Shown: positions 46,391 to 59,258 of the stretch, in pieces
Layout: every line of letters begins with the position of its first letter
Numbering within the stretch: the stretch's first letter is position 1
Source: Malacoraja senta
Lineage: Eukaryota
Direction of reading: 5' to 3'
Assembly: GCA_038087875.1 (NCBI GenBank)
Contig: JAXLNO010000350.1
Coordinates: 186,001 to 250,000 of the forward strand
Length of the DNA: 64,000 bases
Notes under the pieces: model-generated
Seen by the model: the letters and a program-made list of their open reading frames with translations, nothing else
Told to the model about the DNA's origin: nothing
Databases searched by the model: none
Made by a program: the position numbers and the translations under genes

Positions 46391-48154
46391 GTGGAGAGTG
46401 CTTTACCATGGCCTCCCACGCCCTGTCTCACCAGCACATGCACACCAGTGGCCAGCCCTACGACTGCCCGTACTGTGGTGAGGCGTTTGACAGCTCGCGG
46501 AGTTTGCGGCAGCACCGGCGGACCCACGCTGGCGATCAGCTGCTCCCACTGTTTCACGAGGGCACGGGGGCTGCAGGAGCACCAACAGATACACAGACCA
46601 TGATGGAGAAGGTGAAGACAGACTCTACGATGGCCGTATAAAACTGGACCATCATTGCCTGTGGCAGATTGTGTTATCTCAGCTGCCGCAGGAAGTACGT
46701 TGTCTGTTGGGACTTTTTGACTGGAGTCGATGGTGGCTTCCCATTGATCTATCCAACACTGATCTATTCTACATTTTCCCTGATCTCCATTCCCTTTGTC
46801 CTGTTTTCACTCCTTACACTTCCTCATCTCTGTATCTCCCATCAGACTGAAGGTGTAGTAGCCATTTCACTTAACTCAGTATGTTATAACTATAACCATC
46901 TACCTTTAAATTTTATCTGCCTGTAATTGTGTGGGTGGGAATTATACGTAGTCTGAGGCGTGTTTGCGGCTGGGATTCTCGCGCCGACGCCCTAGTAGTT
47001 TTAGGTTAGTTTAAAGAAGCATGGAGGAGAGGTCACAGCTTTCTACCATGCACGAGTTTGACCACAAGTAAAATCAAAATGTACTTCAACAAGAAGAAGT
47101 TTGGATGAATATCTTACTGTTTTTACTCCTACAATAAATAAACTACCAATTACGAGACTGTGTTTGGAAGATTTATCTTTTGACAGCAAGAAGAACTGCT
47201 CTGCCGCTGCTGTTAATCAAATCTCTACTGGCTAATTAGAAAAGCTGTTGATCAAGCAATACAATCATGACTTCAATGAAAATACCAGTAAGGGATCAGA
47301 AGAAATGTCCAGGGAAGAGTTAAAGTTCTTGGATATTATGAACTACTCAGTAAAGATGATAGATGGACATTATTGTCTGGACTTACCTTTCAAACAAGAA
47401 AGTGTTAGTCTGACGAATAATCGTCGTATGGCAGACCAACGTACCCTGAATCTGAAACGCAAGTTTGGCAAGAATACAAAATGTCATGAAGGATATGATT
47501 GACAATGATTATGCCGAAATGGTACCAACAGACCAGCTGAATCGAAGTGATGGAGAGCTTTGGTACATTCTGCACCACGGGGTGTATGACTGGAAGAAAG
47601 GGACCTTGAGGGTGGTGTTTGACTGTGCTGCAGTCTTCAAAGGAACATCATTTTACTGTCAACTTCTTCAAGGTCCAGACCTTACCAACTCACTCATTGG
47701 AGTTGTCATTAAATTCAGACAAGAACCAATTGCTTTGATGGCTGATATTAAAGCGATGTTTCATCAAGTCAAAGTATCGGAAAAACACGTTGACTATTTG
47801 CGATTCTTATGGTGGCCTGATGAGGTTTCACAACAAGATCCAGTTGAATATCGGATGAAGGTACATCTCTTTGGAGCAGTGTCATCACCAAGTTGCACGG
47901 ACTTTGCATTAAAGAAGACCGCAGAGGAAAATAAAGCTCACTTTCCAGATGAAGTGATAACCTCTGAAGAATCATTTCTATATGGATGATTTCTTAAAAT
48001 CCATGTCTATGGATCAAGAAGCAATTCAAATGGTAAAACATCTGACTTCCCTCTGCAACAAGGGAGGATTCCAGCTTTCCAAGTGGATCAGCAACAGCCG
48101 TGTTTTATTGGAAAGCATTCCACCAAATTATAGAGCCAAGGAGATCAGGGAGTT

Positions 48155-51100
48155 CAGGGCTCTCGCGTAACTTTTTTTCCCTGTTGGCAACCTAGGCAGC
48201 TTTTTAGGTTGCCAAATGTCAGTTTAGGTGGTCATTTAAGACGGCTTGCATGACACGTGCGATAATGTGCTCCGACGAAGTGCGTAGTTACCAGTCGGAA
48301 TTATGGTCAATGAAGCATTCACATATTATTTCTGCTTCAAATAAAGTCAGAAACTAAACATATTCACCAATCGAGACATGATATATACCACAATGACATG
48401 CAGCAAAATTACAATACAGTAACTCATCTCTTTTTACACGTTGCAATGAATGCAATTTCTATTATTTCCACTTTCAAACCAAATTCTGGTTGGATTATTC
48501 AGCGTATGATGAACCTCGGTGAGACCAAGTGCAGGCTTTGCGATCGCTTCGCACAACACCTACACTCAGTTTGCAATAACCAACCTGATCTCCCGGTGGC
48601 TCAGCACTTCAACTCCCGCTCCCATTCCAAATCCGACCTTTCTGTCCTGGGCCTCCTCCATGGCCAGAGTGAGGCCCACAGCAAATTGGAAGAACAGCAC
48701 CTCATATTTCGCTTGGGTGAATGGGTAGACATGGGTTCACGGTATGAACATTCGTTTCTCCAATTTCAGTTAGTCCTTGCTTTCTCCCTCCTTCCCCTCC
48801 CATTCCCAGCTCTCCCACAGCCTACTGTCTCCGCCTCTTCCTTTCCTTTCCCCGACCCCCCCCCCCCCCCCAAAATCAGTCTGAAGAAGGGTCTTGGCCC
48901 GAAATGTCGCCTATTCCTTCACTCCATAGATGCTGCCTCACCCGCTGATTTTCTCCAGCTTTGTCTAACAATGGGATCCCACCAATGGCCACATCTTCCC
49001 ATCTCCTACCCTGTCGGCTTTCCACAGAGACCGCTCCCTCTGTATATCCCTGGTGAATTCGTCCCTTCCCAGCCAAACCACCCCCTCTCCTGGCACTTTC
49101 CCTTGCAACCGTAGGAAATGCTACACTTGTCGCTTTACCTCCCCTTGACTCCATTCAAGGACCCAAGCCGTCTTTCCATGTGCGGCAGAGGTTCACCTGC
49201 ACCTCCTCCAACCTCATCTATTGCATCCTCTGCTCTAGGTGTCAGCTGCTCTACATCGGTGAGACCAAGGGTAGGCTTGGCGATCGCTTTGTCCAACACC
49301 TCCGCTTGGTTCGCAATAACCAACCTGATCTCCCGGTGGCTCAGCACTTCAACTCCCCCTCCCGTTCCGAATCCGACCTTTCTGTCCTGGGCCTCCTCCA
49401 TGGCCAGAGTGAGGCCCACCGTAAATTGGAGGAGCAGCACCTCATATTTTGCTTGGGCAGTTTACACCGCAGCGGTATGAACATTGACTTCTCCAATTTC
49501 AGGTAGTCCCTGCTTTCTCCTCCGCTTCCCAGCTCTCCCTCAGCCCACTGTCTTCCTTTCTTCCTTTCTTCTTCCCACCCCCCCCTGCACCCTCACATCA
49601 GTCTGAAGAAGGGTGTCGACCCGAAACGTCGCCTATTTCCTTCGCTCCATAGATGCTGCCTCACCCGCTGAGTTTCTCCAGCATTTTTGTCTACCCATTC
49701 ACACAAGTTCTGTTATCCCACTTTCCTCACCCACTCCATACACACGAGGGGCAATTTTTCAGAGACAAGTTATCCTACAAAGCCAATGCGTCTTTGGGAT
49801 GTGGGAGGAAACCTACATGCTTGCAGGGAGAATGTGCAAATTCAACACAGGCAGTGCCCGATGACAGGATCTAACACAGATCTCTGGCGTGTGAGGGAGC
49901 AAGTCCACCAGCTGTGCCACTATATTTTATTTTACAACACACAAAAAATTATGCGTTGATAATAATAATAATAATACATTTTATTTGTATAGCGCTTTTC
50001 AAGGACTCAAAGTCGCTTTACATGGAGAGTCAAGAACAAACCAAAATAGAGCAGTAAGACATAGATGCAAAGGGGAGGGGGACATGGGACTAAGGGTATG
50101 CAGCGGTGAAGAGATGGGTCTTGAGGCGGGACTGGAGGATGGTGAGGGACTCAGAATTTTGAATCAATTGTGGGAGGGAGTTCCAGAGCCTGGGAGCTGC
50201 CCTGGAGAAGGCTCTGTTTCCAAAAGTGCAGAGGTTGGATTTCGGAATGGAGAGGAGACCGGCTGATGTGGATCTGAGGGACCGTGAGGGTTGGTAGGGG
50301 GAGAGGTCAGTGAGATAAGGGGGGGGGCCAAGTGGTTGAGGGCTTTGTAGGTGAGGACCAGGATTTTGTAGATGATCCGGTGGGAAATGGGAAGCCAGTG
50401 AAGTTCTTTGAGAACTGGGGTGATGTGGTGCCAGGATTTGGTGTGGGTGATGAGTCGGGCGGCTGCATTCTGGACCAGTTGGAGTCGGTTGATGTTGCTG
50501 GAATTAATGCCAAAGAGAAGAGAGTTACAGTAGTCCAGTCGGGAGGAGATGAAGGCATGGATGAGTCTTTCAGCAGCAGGGGTGTGAGAGACGATCTGAT
50601 TTTTGCAATGTTGCTGAGGTGAAAAAATGATGTTTTGACAACATGGCGGATGTGAGGCTCAAGGGAGAGGGTTGAGTCAAAGATCACGCCAAGGTTGCGG
50701 GCCTGAGGAGATGGGGAGACAGTGGTGCCATCAATAGTGAGAATGGGGTTGTTAATTTTGGTAAGTGTTGATTTGGAGCCAATGAGGAGAAATTCTGTTT
50801 TGTTACTGTTTAATTTAAGGAAGTTGAGTTGCATCCAAGATTTGATGGCTGACGGGCAGGAGTTGATATGGGAGAGAGGGGGGTGGTGGGGGGATTTGGT
50901 GCTGAGATAGATCTGGGTGTCATCAGCATAGCAGTGGAAGTCCAGGTTGAAGTGACGGAGTATATGACCAAGGGGGAGGATGTAGATGATGAAGAGGAGG
51001 GGACCGAGAACGGAGCCTTGGGGAACGCCTTGAGTGACAGTGGCTGTGGCAGAGGTGTGGTAATGGAGAGAGATGAAGTGGGATCGGTTGGAAAGGTAGG

Positions 51101-52872
51101 AACGGAGCCAGCTGAGTGCAGAACCTTCAATGCCAAGGTCTTTAAGTCTGGTAAGCAGGATGTTATGGTTCACGGTATCGAAGGCTACTAAAAGAAAGAA
51201 ACTATCCTTTTTCAGTCTTAAATCTCTAAGTGACGCAACTTCCCCCTTTACAGCTACTGTTTGTTTTAATTCACTTCAAGACTATGGGGCAGTACATTGG
51301 CCATAAAGTTGCTGTCTAAAATTGCCAGAGACCCGGAATTGATTCTGAATATGGGTGCTGTCTGTATGGAGTTTGCTCCTTTTCACTTTGATCACATGGG
51401 TTTTCTCCGGGTGCTCTTGTTTCCTTCCACATTCCAAAGGTGTGCAGGAACCTTTTTCAGACCCAAAACGTAATATTTTTCTTATGTCCAGAGATTCTGT
51501 CTGACCTGTTGAGTTACTCCAGCTTTTTGAGTCTATCTTCAGTTTAAACCAGCATCTGCAGTTCCTTCCTACACACACGATACTATACGATAGAACTTTA
51601 TTAATCCCAGGAGGGAAATTGTGTGTGTGTGTATAGTTATATATTCATATATAATACACTGTTTTGTTTTCTCGTTTATAGCATTGTTTACAGAGTACTA
51701 TGTTTACATATTCTGTTGTGTTGCTGCAAGTAAGGATTTCATTGTTCTAACTGGGACGTGAGAGAATAACACACTCTTGACTTACGTCGCTAATGTGTGG
51801 GATAGAACTAGTGTACGGGTGATCGGTGGTTGGCGTGGACTTGGTGGGCCGAAGGGCCTGTTTCCACGCTGTATCTTTAAATTAAACTAAAAACACTAAA
51901 ACCAGAGGAAATCTAAAGAAGGGTCTCTACCTGAAACGTCACCCAATTTCTTCTATCCAGAGATGCTGGCTGCTCCATGGAGTTCCCCCGCACAATTAAA
52001 GCATGGAATAGTCTTCATCCTACTATAGGTACCCAACCAGACGCAATTACATTTAAGGTACCTCTTTTTTCCCTCCAAGAACCCTTTTTTTGCTTAAGTC
52101 CAAGTCAAGAGAGAAGAGAGTTTTATTGTCATGTGTCCCAGATAGGACAATTAAATCCTTGCTTGCTGCAGCACAACAGAATATGTAAACATAATACAGA
52201 ACAGGAGATAAAAGTTCAGTGGGTCTATAGACCATATATATATACACAATAAATAAACAGATAAAATGCAATAGGCTATTATTTTTCAGTTTGGAGTTTG
52301 GTGGTGGTGGGTCCAGTCCTGTTTAAATTCCATTTTGAATATTTTTGGAGGACCAGGAAACCAAGAAGCAAGAGTTACTCCAGGGAGTTACTCCAGCTCC
52401 AGCCAGTGATTCTGCGTTGGTTTTCAGCGGTCGCGGCGAGTCGGCGACCGGACAGCAATGGTGGCCAGATCTCCCACAATGAAAGTGGCGGACGTCGACC
52501 AGTGGCAGTGGCAGTGGCAGTGCGCATGGCCGATGATGTGCTGGCCAAAGATCCTCGCTATAGGATCTTTGTTGCTGGCCGTGGTTGTGCGCATGTGGAC
52601 GGGGAAGATGTGCAGGCCGTGGCAGTGTGCATGTGTAAGGCGGCCTGCCGTGCGGCGGATGAGGAGAGAGCGGAGACCCGGCGGCCCGGACACGGATGGC
52701 GGGCGGAGACGGAGAGTGCCAGAGAGAGAGAGATAGAGAGGGGGCCGCTCATAATTAAACGATAGGTGTCCCGGGTGCTTGCCAAGCCGGGCGAAATAGC
52801 ACGGCTTTTAGGTTGCCCGGCGGGACTGTAGGTTGCCATTGGCAACCGGGCAACCGATAATTTCGAGCCCTG
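48155..52872 (+). mobile_element. 5-bp-TSD hAT-like composite element carrying Penelope, SINE and LINE-tail cargo
   Basis: TIR CAGGGCTCTCGCGTAAC / ATAATTTCGAGCCCTG; perfect TSD GAGTT; removing it restores Pao AKEIRELDLDKD. Confidence 0.82.
49961..51187 (-). mobile_element. L2-clade LINE RT/3' fragment; unit B only
   Basis: ORF 50307..51173(-): GVPQGSVLGP, HCYADDTQIY, WMQLNFLKLN.NKTE, RNLGVIFD; L2 tail AAAAGCGCTATACAAATAAA(TTA)n. Confidence 0.9.
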
Positions 52873-53866
52873 GAGTTGGATTTGGACAAAGACAATCTGC
52901 CAATGGAAGGAGCATTGGGACTGCATTGGTGCGTTGAAACAGATATGTTCAAGTTCAGAACCTTGATTCAAGAGCGACCATGTACTAGAAGGGGTATCCT
53001 GTCCGTGATTGGTTCCGTTTATGACCCTTTGGGATTTCTTGCACCATTTACTCTGCCAGCCAAGTAGATTTTGCAGGATCTTTGTAAGGAAAAACAGAAT
53101 CTCTTTTGTATTGGGAGCTACTAATGTTTCACAATGGAAATATGTTAACACAAAGGAAAATCCTGCGGATGAAGCTTCTAGAGGACTAACAGCAGACAGC
53201 TTCTTAAGCAACAAGAGATGGATCAATGGACTGGAACTTCTCTGTAAGCCAGACAGAGAATGGCCATAATTTGAGCTGGCATTTGAAATCTCTGCTAATG
53301 ATCCGGAAATTAAACAAAACATCACAGTGAACGTTATTGCTAAAAATCCTATTATTCTCTCAAAGGATTTTCACATTCCAACATTATCGTTACAACATAT
53401 CCATGAATTGATCGGACATGGAAGAAGAAGTTTCATGCTGACAAAACTTTGGACTTTTGAGTTTTGGACTAGATACTGGAGATCATGCCTGCTGACGTTA
53501 AGGGTTTGCTGCGTACAGTACTACTTCAGACTAAGAATAATGTTTTAATAAGGCTAATAACCAAGTTATACTTGCTTCTAGAAAGCGAAGGTGAAGATGG
53601 AAGAATCGCTAAAGAAGTCTAAATGCGGATTTATAATTCATGAGATTTTTTGTGTTTTATATATGTTAAGCTTTTATAGCTCCTTTTTTAATGTCTATTA
53701 GTAATTGCCTCGTTGTATACTCAGAACAATTAGGGGTCGGTATGTAGTAGCCATTTAGCTTAACTCGGTATGTTATAACTGCAACCAGTTGCCTTTCAAT
53801 TTTATCTGCCTGTAATTACATGGGTGGGGTTTATACGTAGTCTGATGCGTGTTTGCAGCTGGGATT

Positions 53867-54920
53867 AAAAACATAGAAAATAGGTGCATGAGGAGGCCAT
53901 TCGGCCTTTCGAGCCAGCACCGCCATTCTTTGTGATCATGGCTGATCGTCCCCTATCAATAACCCGTGCCTGCCTTCTCCACATATCCCTTGATTCCACT
54001 AGCTCCGAGAGCTCTATCTAACTCTCTTAAATCCATCCAGTGATTTAGCCACCACTGCCCTCTGTGGCAGGGAATACCACAAATTCACAACTCTCTGGGT
54101 GAAAAAGATTTTTCTCGCCTCAGTCTTAAATGGCCTCCCCTTTATTCTGAGACTGTGGCCTTTGGTGCTGGACTCGCCTAACATTGGGAACATTTTTCCT
54201 GCATCTAGCTTTTCCATAATTTTATATGTTTCTATAAGATGCCCCCTCATCCTTCTAAACACCAGTGAATACAAGCCTAGTCTTTTGAATCTTTCCTCAT
54301 ATGACAGTCCCGCCATCCCAGGGATCAATCTCGTGAACCTACGCTGCACTGCCTCAATCACAAGGATATCCTTCCTCAAATTAGGAGACCAAAACTACAC
54401 ACAACACTCCAGATGTGGTCTTACCAGAGCCCTTTACAACTGCAGAAGAACCTCTCTACTCCTATACTGAAATCCTCTTGTTATGAAGGCCAACATTCCA
54501 TTAGCTTTCTTCACTGCCTGCTGTACCTGCACGCCAAATTTCAGTGACTGGTGTACAAGGACACCCTGGTCTCACTGCATCTCCCCCTTACCTAACCTAA
54601 CCCCATTGAGATAATAATCTGCCCCCTTGTTTTTGCCGCCAAAGTGGATAACCTCACATTTATCTATCTTATACTGCATCTGTACAGAGTAGACAATAGG
54701 TGCTGGAGTAGGCCATTCGACCCTTCGAGCCAGCACCACAATTCACTGTGATCATGGCTGATCATCTACAATCAGTACCCAGTTCCTGCCTTCTCCACAT
54801 ATCTCATGACTCCGCTATCTTTAAGAGCTCTATCTAACTCTCTCTTGGAAGCATCCAGAGAATCGGCCTCCACTGCTTTGAGGCAGAGAATTCCTCAGAT
54901 TCACAACTCTCTGGGTAAAA
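53867..54920 (-). mobile_element. Two CR1 3' fragments (53867-54682 and 54688-54920)
   Basis: ORF 54014..54379(-) and two CR1 3' UTRs. Confidence 0.85.
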
Positions 54921-54923
54921 AAA

Positions 54924-55246
54924 GGCGATTAACTAAAACTACCTACGACTACCTCGACTACCCATAACTACATGGCGACCCCACTACAATTGCACCTACG
55001 ACGACAGGATTATCAGTTTTCTCCATGGCAACCAATTTTTGGTCGCAGAAAATTTTTCAACATGTTGAAAAATTTGCGGCGAACATACTGAGGCCGCGAA
55101 TAGTTCCCAGGATGCGGGAACTCCTCGCGACTATGTAGGAGACTCACCAGAGACCACTCGCGAACATGTGGTGACCAACAGCGATCATGTGGCGAGCGCA
55201 GAGCCTCCTGCACGCGTCTAAAAAGTCACCTAAGTGGGACAGGCCC
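54924..55246. mobile_element. Probable PIF/Harbinger-like MITE, right part
   Basis: Ends CCTAAGTGGGACAGGCCC followed by TTGA; internal short repeats; left TIR not seen. Confidence 0.45.
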
Positions 55247-55485
55247 TTGAAAACCGGGTGGAACCAGCTAAGAAGACATACCTTGAAGTTTGGGAGTGGC
55301 AGGAGTTCAATTCAAATTCAATTCGCAAATTGGTTAAGTGACAAATTGGGCAATTTATCAGCCAATATAAGCAAGGTTTCCGTCGGGAAGCAGCGAGCTC
55401 CTTGTGAGAAAAGTGTGAGTCTTTGGCTCAAACAGAGCGAGTCTTTGGCTCAAGAGTCTTCGGCGAGGAGGCTGTGGAGAGGAGA

Positions 55486-57044
55486 CTAGACCTAGTGGGA
55501 CCCGTTGGGTCCTGTCCCCAATGCGGGGGGAGGGGGGGGATGTGGCGTCACACTGAGGAGGGCACACGGCGCTGTAGGATGGGGGGAGCAGCAGTGAGGA
55601 GGGAGCACAGCGCTGAGGGAGGGAGGGGCGGTGAGGAGGATGGGAGAGGGAGTGGGTAGAGATGGAGGGGGGAGAGAGGGAGGGGGATGACAGGGAGAGT
55701 AAGAGGGGGAAATGGGAGAAAAAATAGTGGGTTGAGGGGGAGAAAGACGGGGAGAAAAGAGGGAGGGGAGAGATTGGGAAGGGTTGGGTTGGCTTGGATT
55801 GAGTTAAGTTGGCTTGGGTTGAGCTGAGTTGGGTTGGGTTGAGATGAGCTAAGTTGGGTTGGGTTGATTTGAGTTGGGTTGAGTTTGTTTGGGTTGGGTT
55901 GATTTGTGTTGGGCTGGGTTGGGTTGGCTTGAGTCTGTGGAATTCTCTGCCAACAGACAAGATGAGAGATTTAGAGGTATAAGACCAAGTGCAGACCCGT
56001 TGGGGAGGAGAGGTGTGTGTGAACGGGGAGGTGTAGGAGGGAAGAGGATGGTGTGGGGGAGGGGGGAGTGCCGGGTGTGGTGGAGGGGGTGAGGGGAGGT
56101 GTGTATGTAGACGGGAAGAGGGATGTGGGAAGGGGGTGTGTAGGGAAGGGTGTGTGTGGGCGGAGGGGTTAAGGGGGGATGGGTGTGGGCAGGGGAGGTT
56201 GTGAGGCAGAGAGGGTTTGTGGGGGTGGGGGATTGTGGGGAAGGGGGGGATTGTAGGGGCGGTGGGGTGGGTGTGTGTCGGCAGGGGGGCTTGTGGGGGG
56301 AGGGGTGTGGGGCGGGAGGGGGGTTTGTGTGGAGGGATAGGGGTGTGTGGGCGAGGTGGGGGATGTTTGTGGGGGGAGAGGGGTATGTGGGCGGGGGGAG
56401 TGAGCTCGGAGAAAGGACGGGGAGGACCCATGGGGGAGAGGGGGGCATCACGGGGGAGGGGGAGGAGCCAGTGAGGGGGACCAGAGGGGCTGGAATTGGC
56501 GGTGCGATGGGGAATCAGCGGGCGCTGGTCGTTCTCTGCTGGGATCAGAGTCTCCGCTTTCCATTTGGTGACATCGGCATCATCTCCGACTCCGTGCTCG
56601 GCTGGGTCTCCGACGCTGGGCTGCTTGGGGCGGGGTTGCTTGGGGCTGGGCTGCTCTGCTCGTTGCGGGGCTGCTCAGGGCTAGGTCTGAAAGTCCGGTT
56701 GGAAACCTCCGCCGGCCATCCGCAGCTCCAGTAAAGACGCGATGGCGCAGGAAGGGGCGGACCGTCCCGGGGGAGTGATGGGGAAGGGACTAATCCGCGC
56801 GGCACTGACTGGCAGGAGAAGAGATCAATCTGCACACGCACTGTTTTTAAGATCTTTAAACCTCGCTAACTTTTACGACATTCAACAGATTGGAACGAAA
56901 CTTGGTGCAATCGCAGCACAGGAGAACGGTGAGTGAACTGGCGAAAAATCGTAGTGCTATAGCGAACCGTTTTTGCGCAAATAGAATGACCGCCAAACTG
57001 GAAGATAACAAGATCAGAGTTTTAGTTATGTACAGATAGATAGA
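55486..57044 (-). mobile_element. Non-autonomous Helitron (composite, two 3' ends)
   Basis: On - strand: 5' A|TCTATCTATCTGTACATAACTAAAAC; 3' GGACCC-AAC-GGGTCC hairpin, CACTAGGT, CTAG|T; second degenerate end at ~55979-56003; contains a (GGGTT)n tract at 55780-55930. Confidence 0.68.
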
Positions 57045-57061
57045 TATATGATAGATAGTTT

Positions 57062-57295
57062 AGCAGAATGACGTGGACCTCATTGAAACTTACTGAATAG
57101 TTAAAGGCTTGGATAGAGAGGATGTTTCCACTAGTGGGAGAGTCTAGGACCAGAGGTCACAGCCTCAGAATTAAAGGACGTTTCTTTAGGAAGGAGATGA
57201 GGAGGAATTTCATTAGCAAGAGGGTGGTGAATCTGTGGGATCCGTGGGTAGAGAGGACTCGATGGGCCGAATGGCCTGATTCTGCTCCTAGAACC
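57062..57295 (+). mobile_element. CR1 3' fragment
   Basis: MFPLVGESRTRGHSLRIKG..RVVNLW. Confidence 0.75.
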
Positions 57296-57933
57296 TACAG
57301 AAGGAAGTGTCTTGTGTTTCAGGTCCTGTGTTCATCTACAATCCATCGAGTGTTTACATGGGACTTATAAACGCTCCTGGTTTCTCCCGAGGGGAGGAAT
57401 CTCGAATCCCGGGTTCCATCTCAACTACGACGCTCCCCTTTGTGAAGCAGGAAGAGGGGGAGACAGGGATCGATCCGGGATTTTCCCAGCAAGAACACGG
57501 AAAAGAATCCCATCTGTCTGAGGCGGTTTCTCAATCTTTCTTTGTGATATTGTGAAAGATTGGGTGGGGTTGAGAGAAAGAGGAGAGGGGAAGGAAGGAG
57601 GGGGCAGAAGGGAAGGAGAGTAGAGGAGAGGGAGGGGGGAGGGGGGAGGGAGAGTGGATGGGAGGAGAGGGAGATGGGGAGAGAAGGAGGGGGAGAAAGG
57701 GTTAACGTTTAGGTTTATTATTGTCACATGTACTGAGGGACAGTGAAAAACTTTGTTCTGCTTGTAAACCGATTAGATAATACAGTAGATAAACTATGAC
57801 CCTCTCCCCTCCGGCCCCTTACACCCCCTTATGAGAGAGGGGACGGGGGAAGAATTATTTTTTAAGCCTTGCATATAAAAATAAATAAAATTGTTTAAAT
57901 CAAGATGTATTCTCTGAACTTAATTTAAGGGGG

Positions 57934-58123
57934 TGTTGTGGCCGACCTCACCTGCCCTCACCAAGATGGCCGCCGTCATCCCCTCACCAATCAGCGGCGC
58001 CGACAACCCCTCACCAATCAGCGGCGCCGACCTCACCAAGATGGCCGCCTCCTCAGTCGACCGCATCAAGATGGCGGCGGAGAAGCGTCAGTTGGTGTCG
58101 TCGCTGCTGAGCGGCGGCCTAAG
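57934..58123 (+). promoter_or_regulatory. Promoter and exon 1, unit C (its ZNF exon would lie beyond the window)
   Basis: Three CAAGATGGC motifs, two CCAATCA boxes; ATG 58071; donor at 58123/58124. Confidence 0.72.
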
Positions 58124-59258
58124 GTAAATAATGTTATAAATCAGCCGGGGATTGAGCGGGATCGGGTCAATATGGGGGAGAACTGAGGTAAATCACCACA
58201 TAAAGTAACTACACTAACGTGTATCTATCTATCTGTGGGGATACACAACTGGGGTCAAACTGGTTCTAAACCAGCCTCCCCCTCTTATTCACTGAGGGAA
58301 ATAACCTGATAAATACATCAATAAATACATCAGCAGCGGAATAAATAAATAAATAAATAAACCCGGTAAATGTGGGGGAGAGAGAGAGAGTTGAGGTAAA
58401 TCACCACATAAATAAACTACACGTCTGGGGCAAAACTGGGCTCAATTATATCATCTCACCGTCTGGAGCAGCGTCCTGAGATAAAACACCTTATAAACAT
58501 CTATCTCCCTCTCTCTGGCTCCCCCCCTCTCTGTAAATAATCAATAAATCACCAAACTACACGTCTGGGGGAATAAACCCGGTAAATCTGGTGGAGACCT
58601 GAGGTCAATAATGTTATAAACCCACAGGGGAGTGAAATAAACGCGGTAAATCTGGGGTAAAACTGAGGTCAATAATGTTAGAAACCCACAGGGGAGTGAA
58701 ATAAATCAGCAAACAGTGGACGACAGGTGCAGGAGGAGGCCATTCGGCCCTTCGAGCCAGCACCGCCATTCAATGTGATCATGGCTGATCATCCCCAATC
58801 AGTTCCCCGTTCCTGCCTTCTCCCCATATCCCCTGACTTTAAGAGCCCTATCTAGCTCTCTCTTGAAAGCATCCAGAGAACCGGCCTCCACCGCCCTTCT
58901 GTTCTTATTCTTTATTCTTAAACTTGCCCCTGGTTCTGGACTCCCCCAACATCGGGAAGATTTTTGCTGCCTCTAGCGTGTCCAAACCTTAATAATCTTA
59001 TACGTTTCAATAAGATCCCCTCTCAACCTTCTAAATTCCAGAGTATACAAGCCCAGCCGCTCCAGTCTATCAACATATGACAGTCCCGCCATCCCGTGAA
59101 TTAACCTTGTAAACCTACACTGCACTCCCTCAATAGCAAGAATGTGCAGTGGAGCGAAATAAACAGGGCTATGGAGTCCGACCGAAAACACCCGACCCCT
59201 TGGTATAATAAATCTGCTGTGATAACATTACACAAGATGGCATTTCATAAGAACTACA

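Larger units (their letters stand above)
46854..53866 (+). mobile_element. BEL/Pao LTR retrotransposon, unit B
   Basis: ORFs 47465..47989, 47982..48170, 52876..53067 and 53009..53269: ADIKAMFHQV..YLRFLWW..HLFGAVSSP, MDDFL..KGGFQLSKW, ALGLHW..SVYDPLGFLAP; LTRs start at 46854 and 53743. Confidence 0.9.

Noticed and set aside
48155..52872. RAG/Transib-like transposon, suggested by the 5-bp TSD
   Set aside because: Termini are CAGGG, not CAC; no RSS-like heptamer/nonamer and no transposase ORF.
55780..55930. Interstitial telomeric repeat
   Set aside because: The unit is a pentamer (GGGTT/GAGTT), not TTAGGG.
55358..56734. Pro/Gly-rich ORFs on both strands
   Set aside because: Translation of G-rich low-complexity tracts inside the Helitron.
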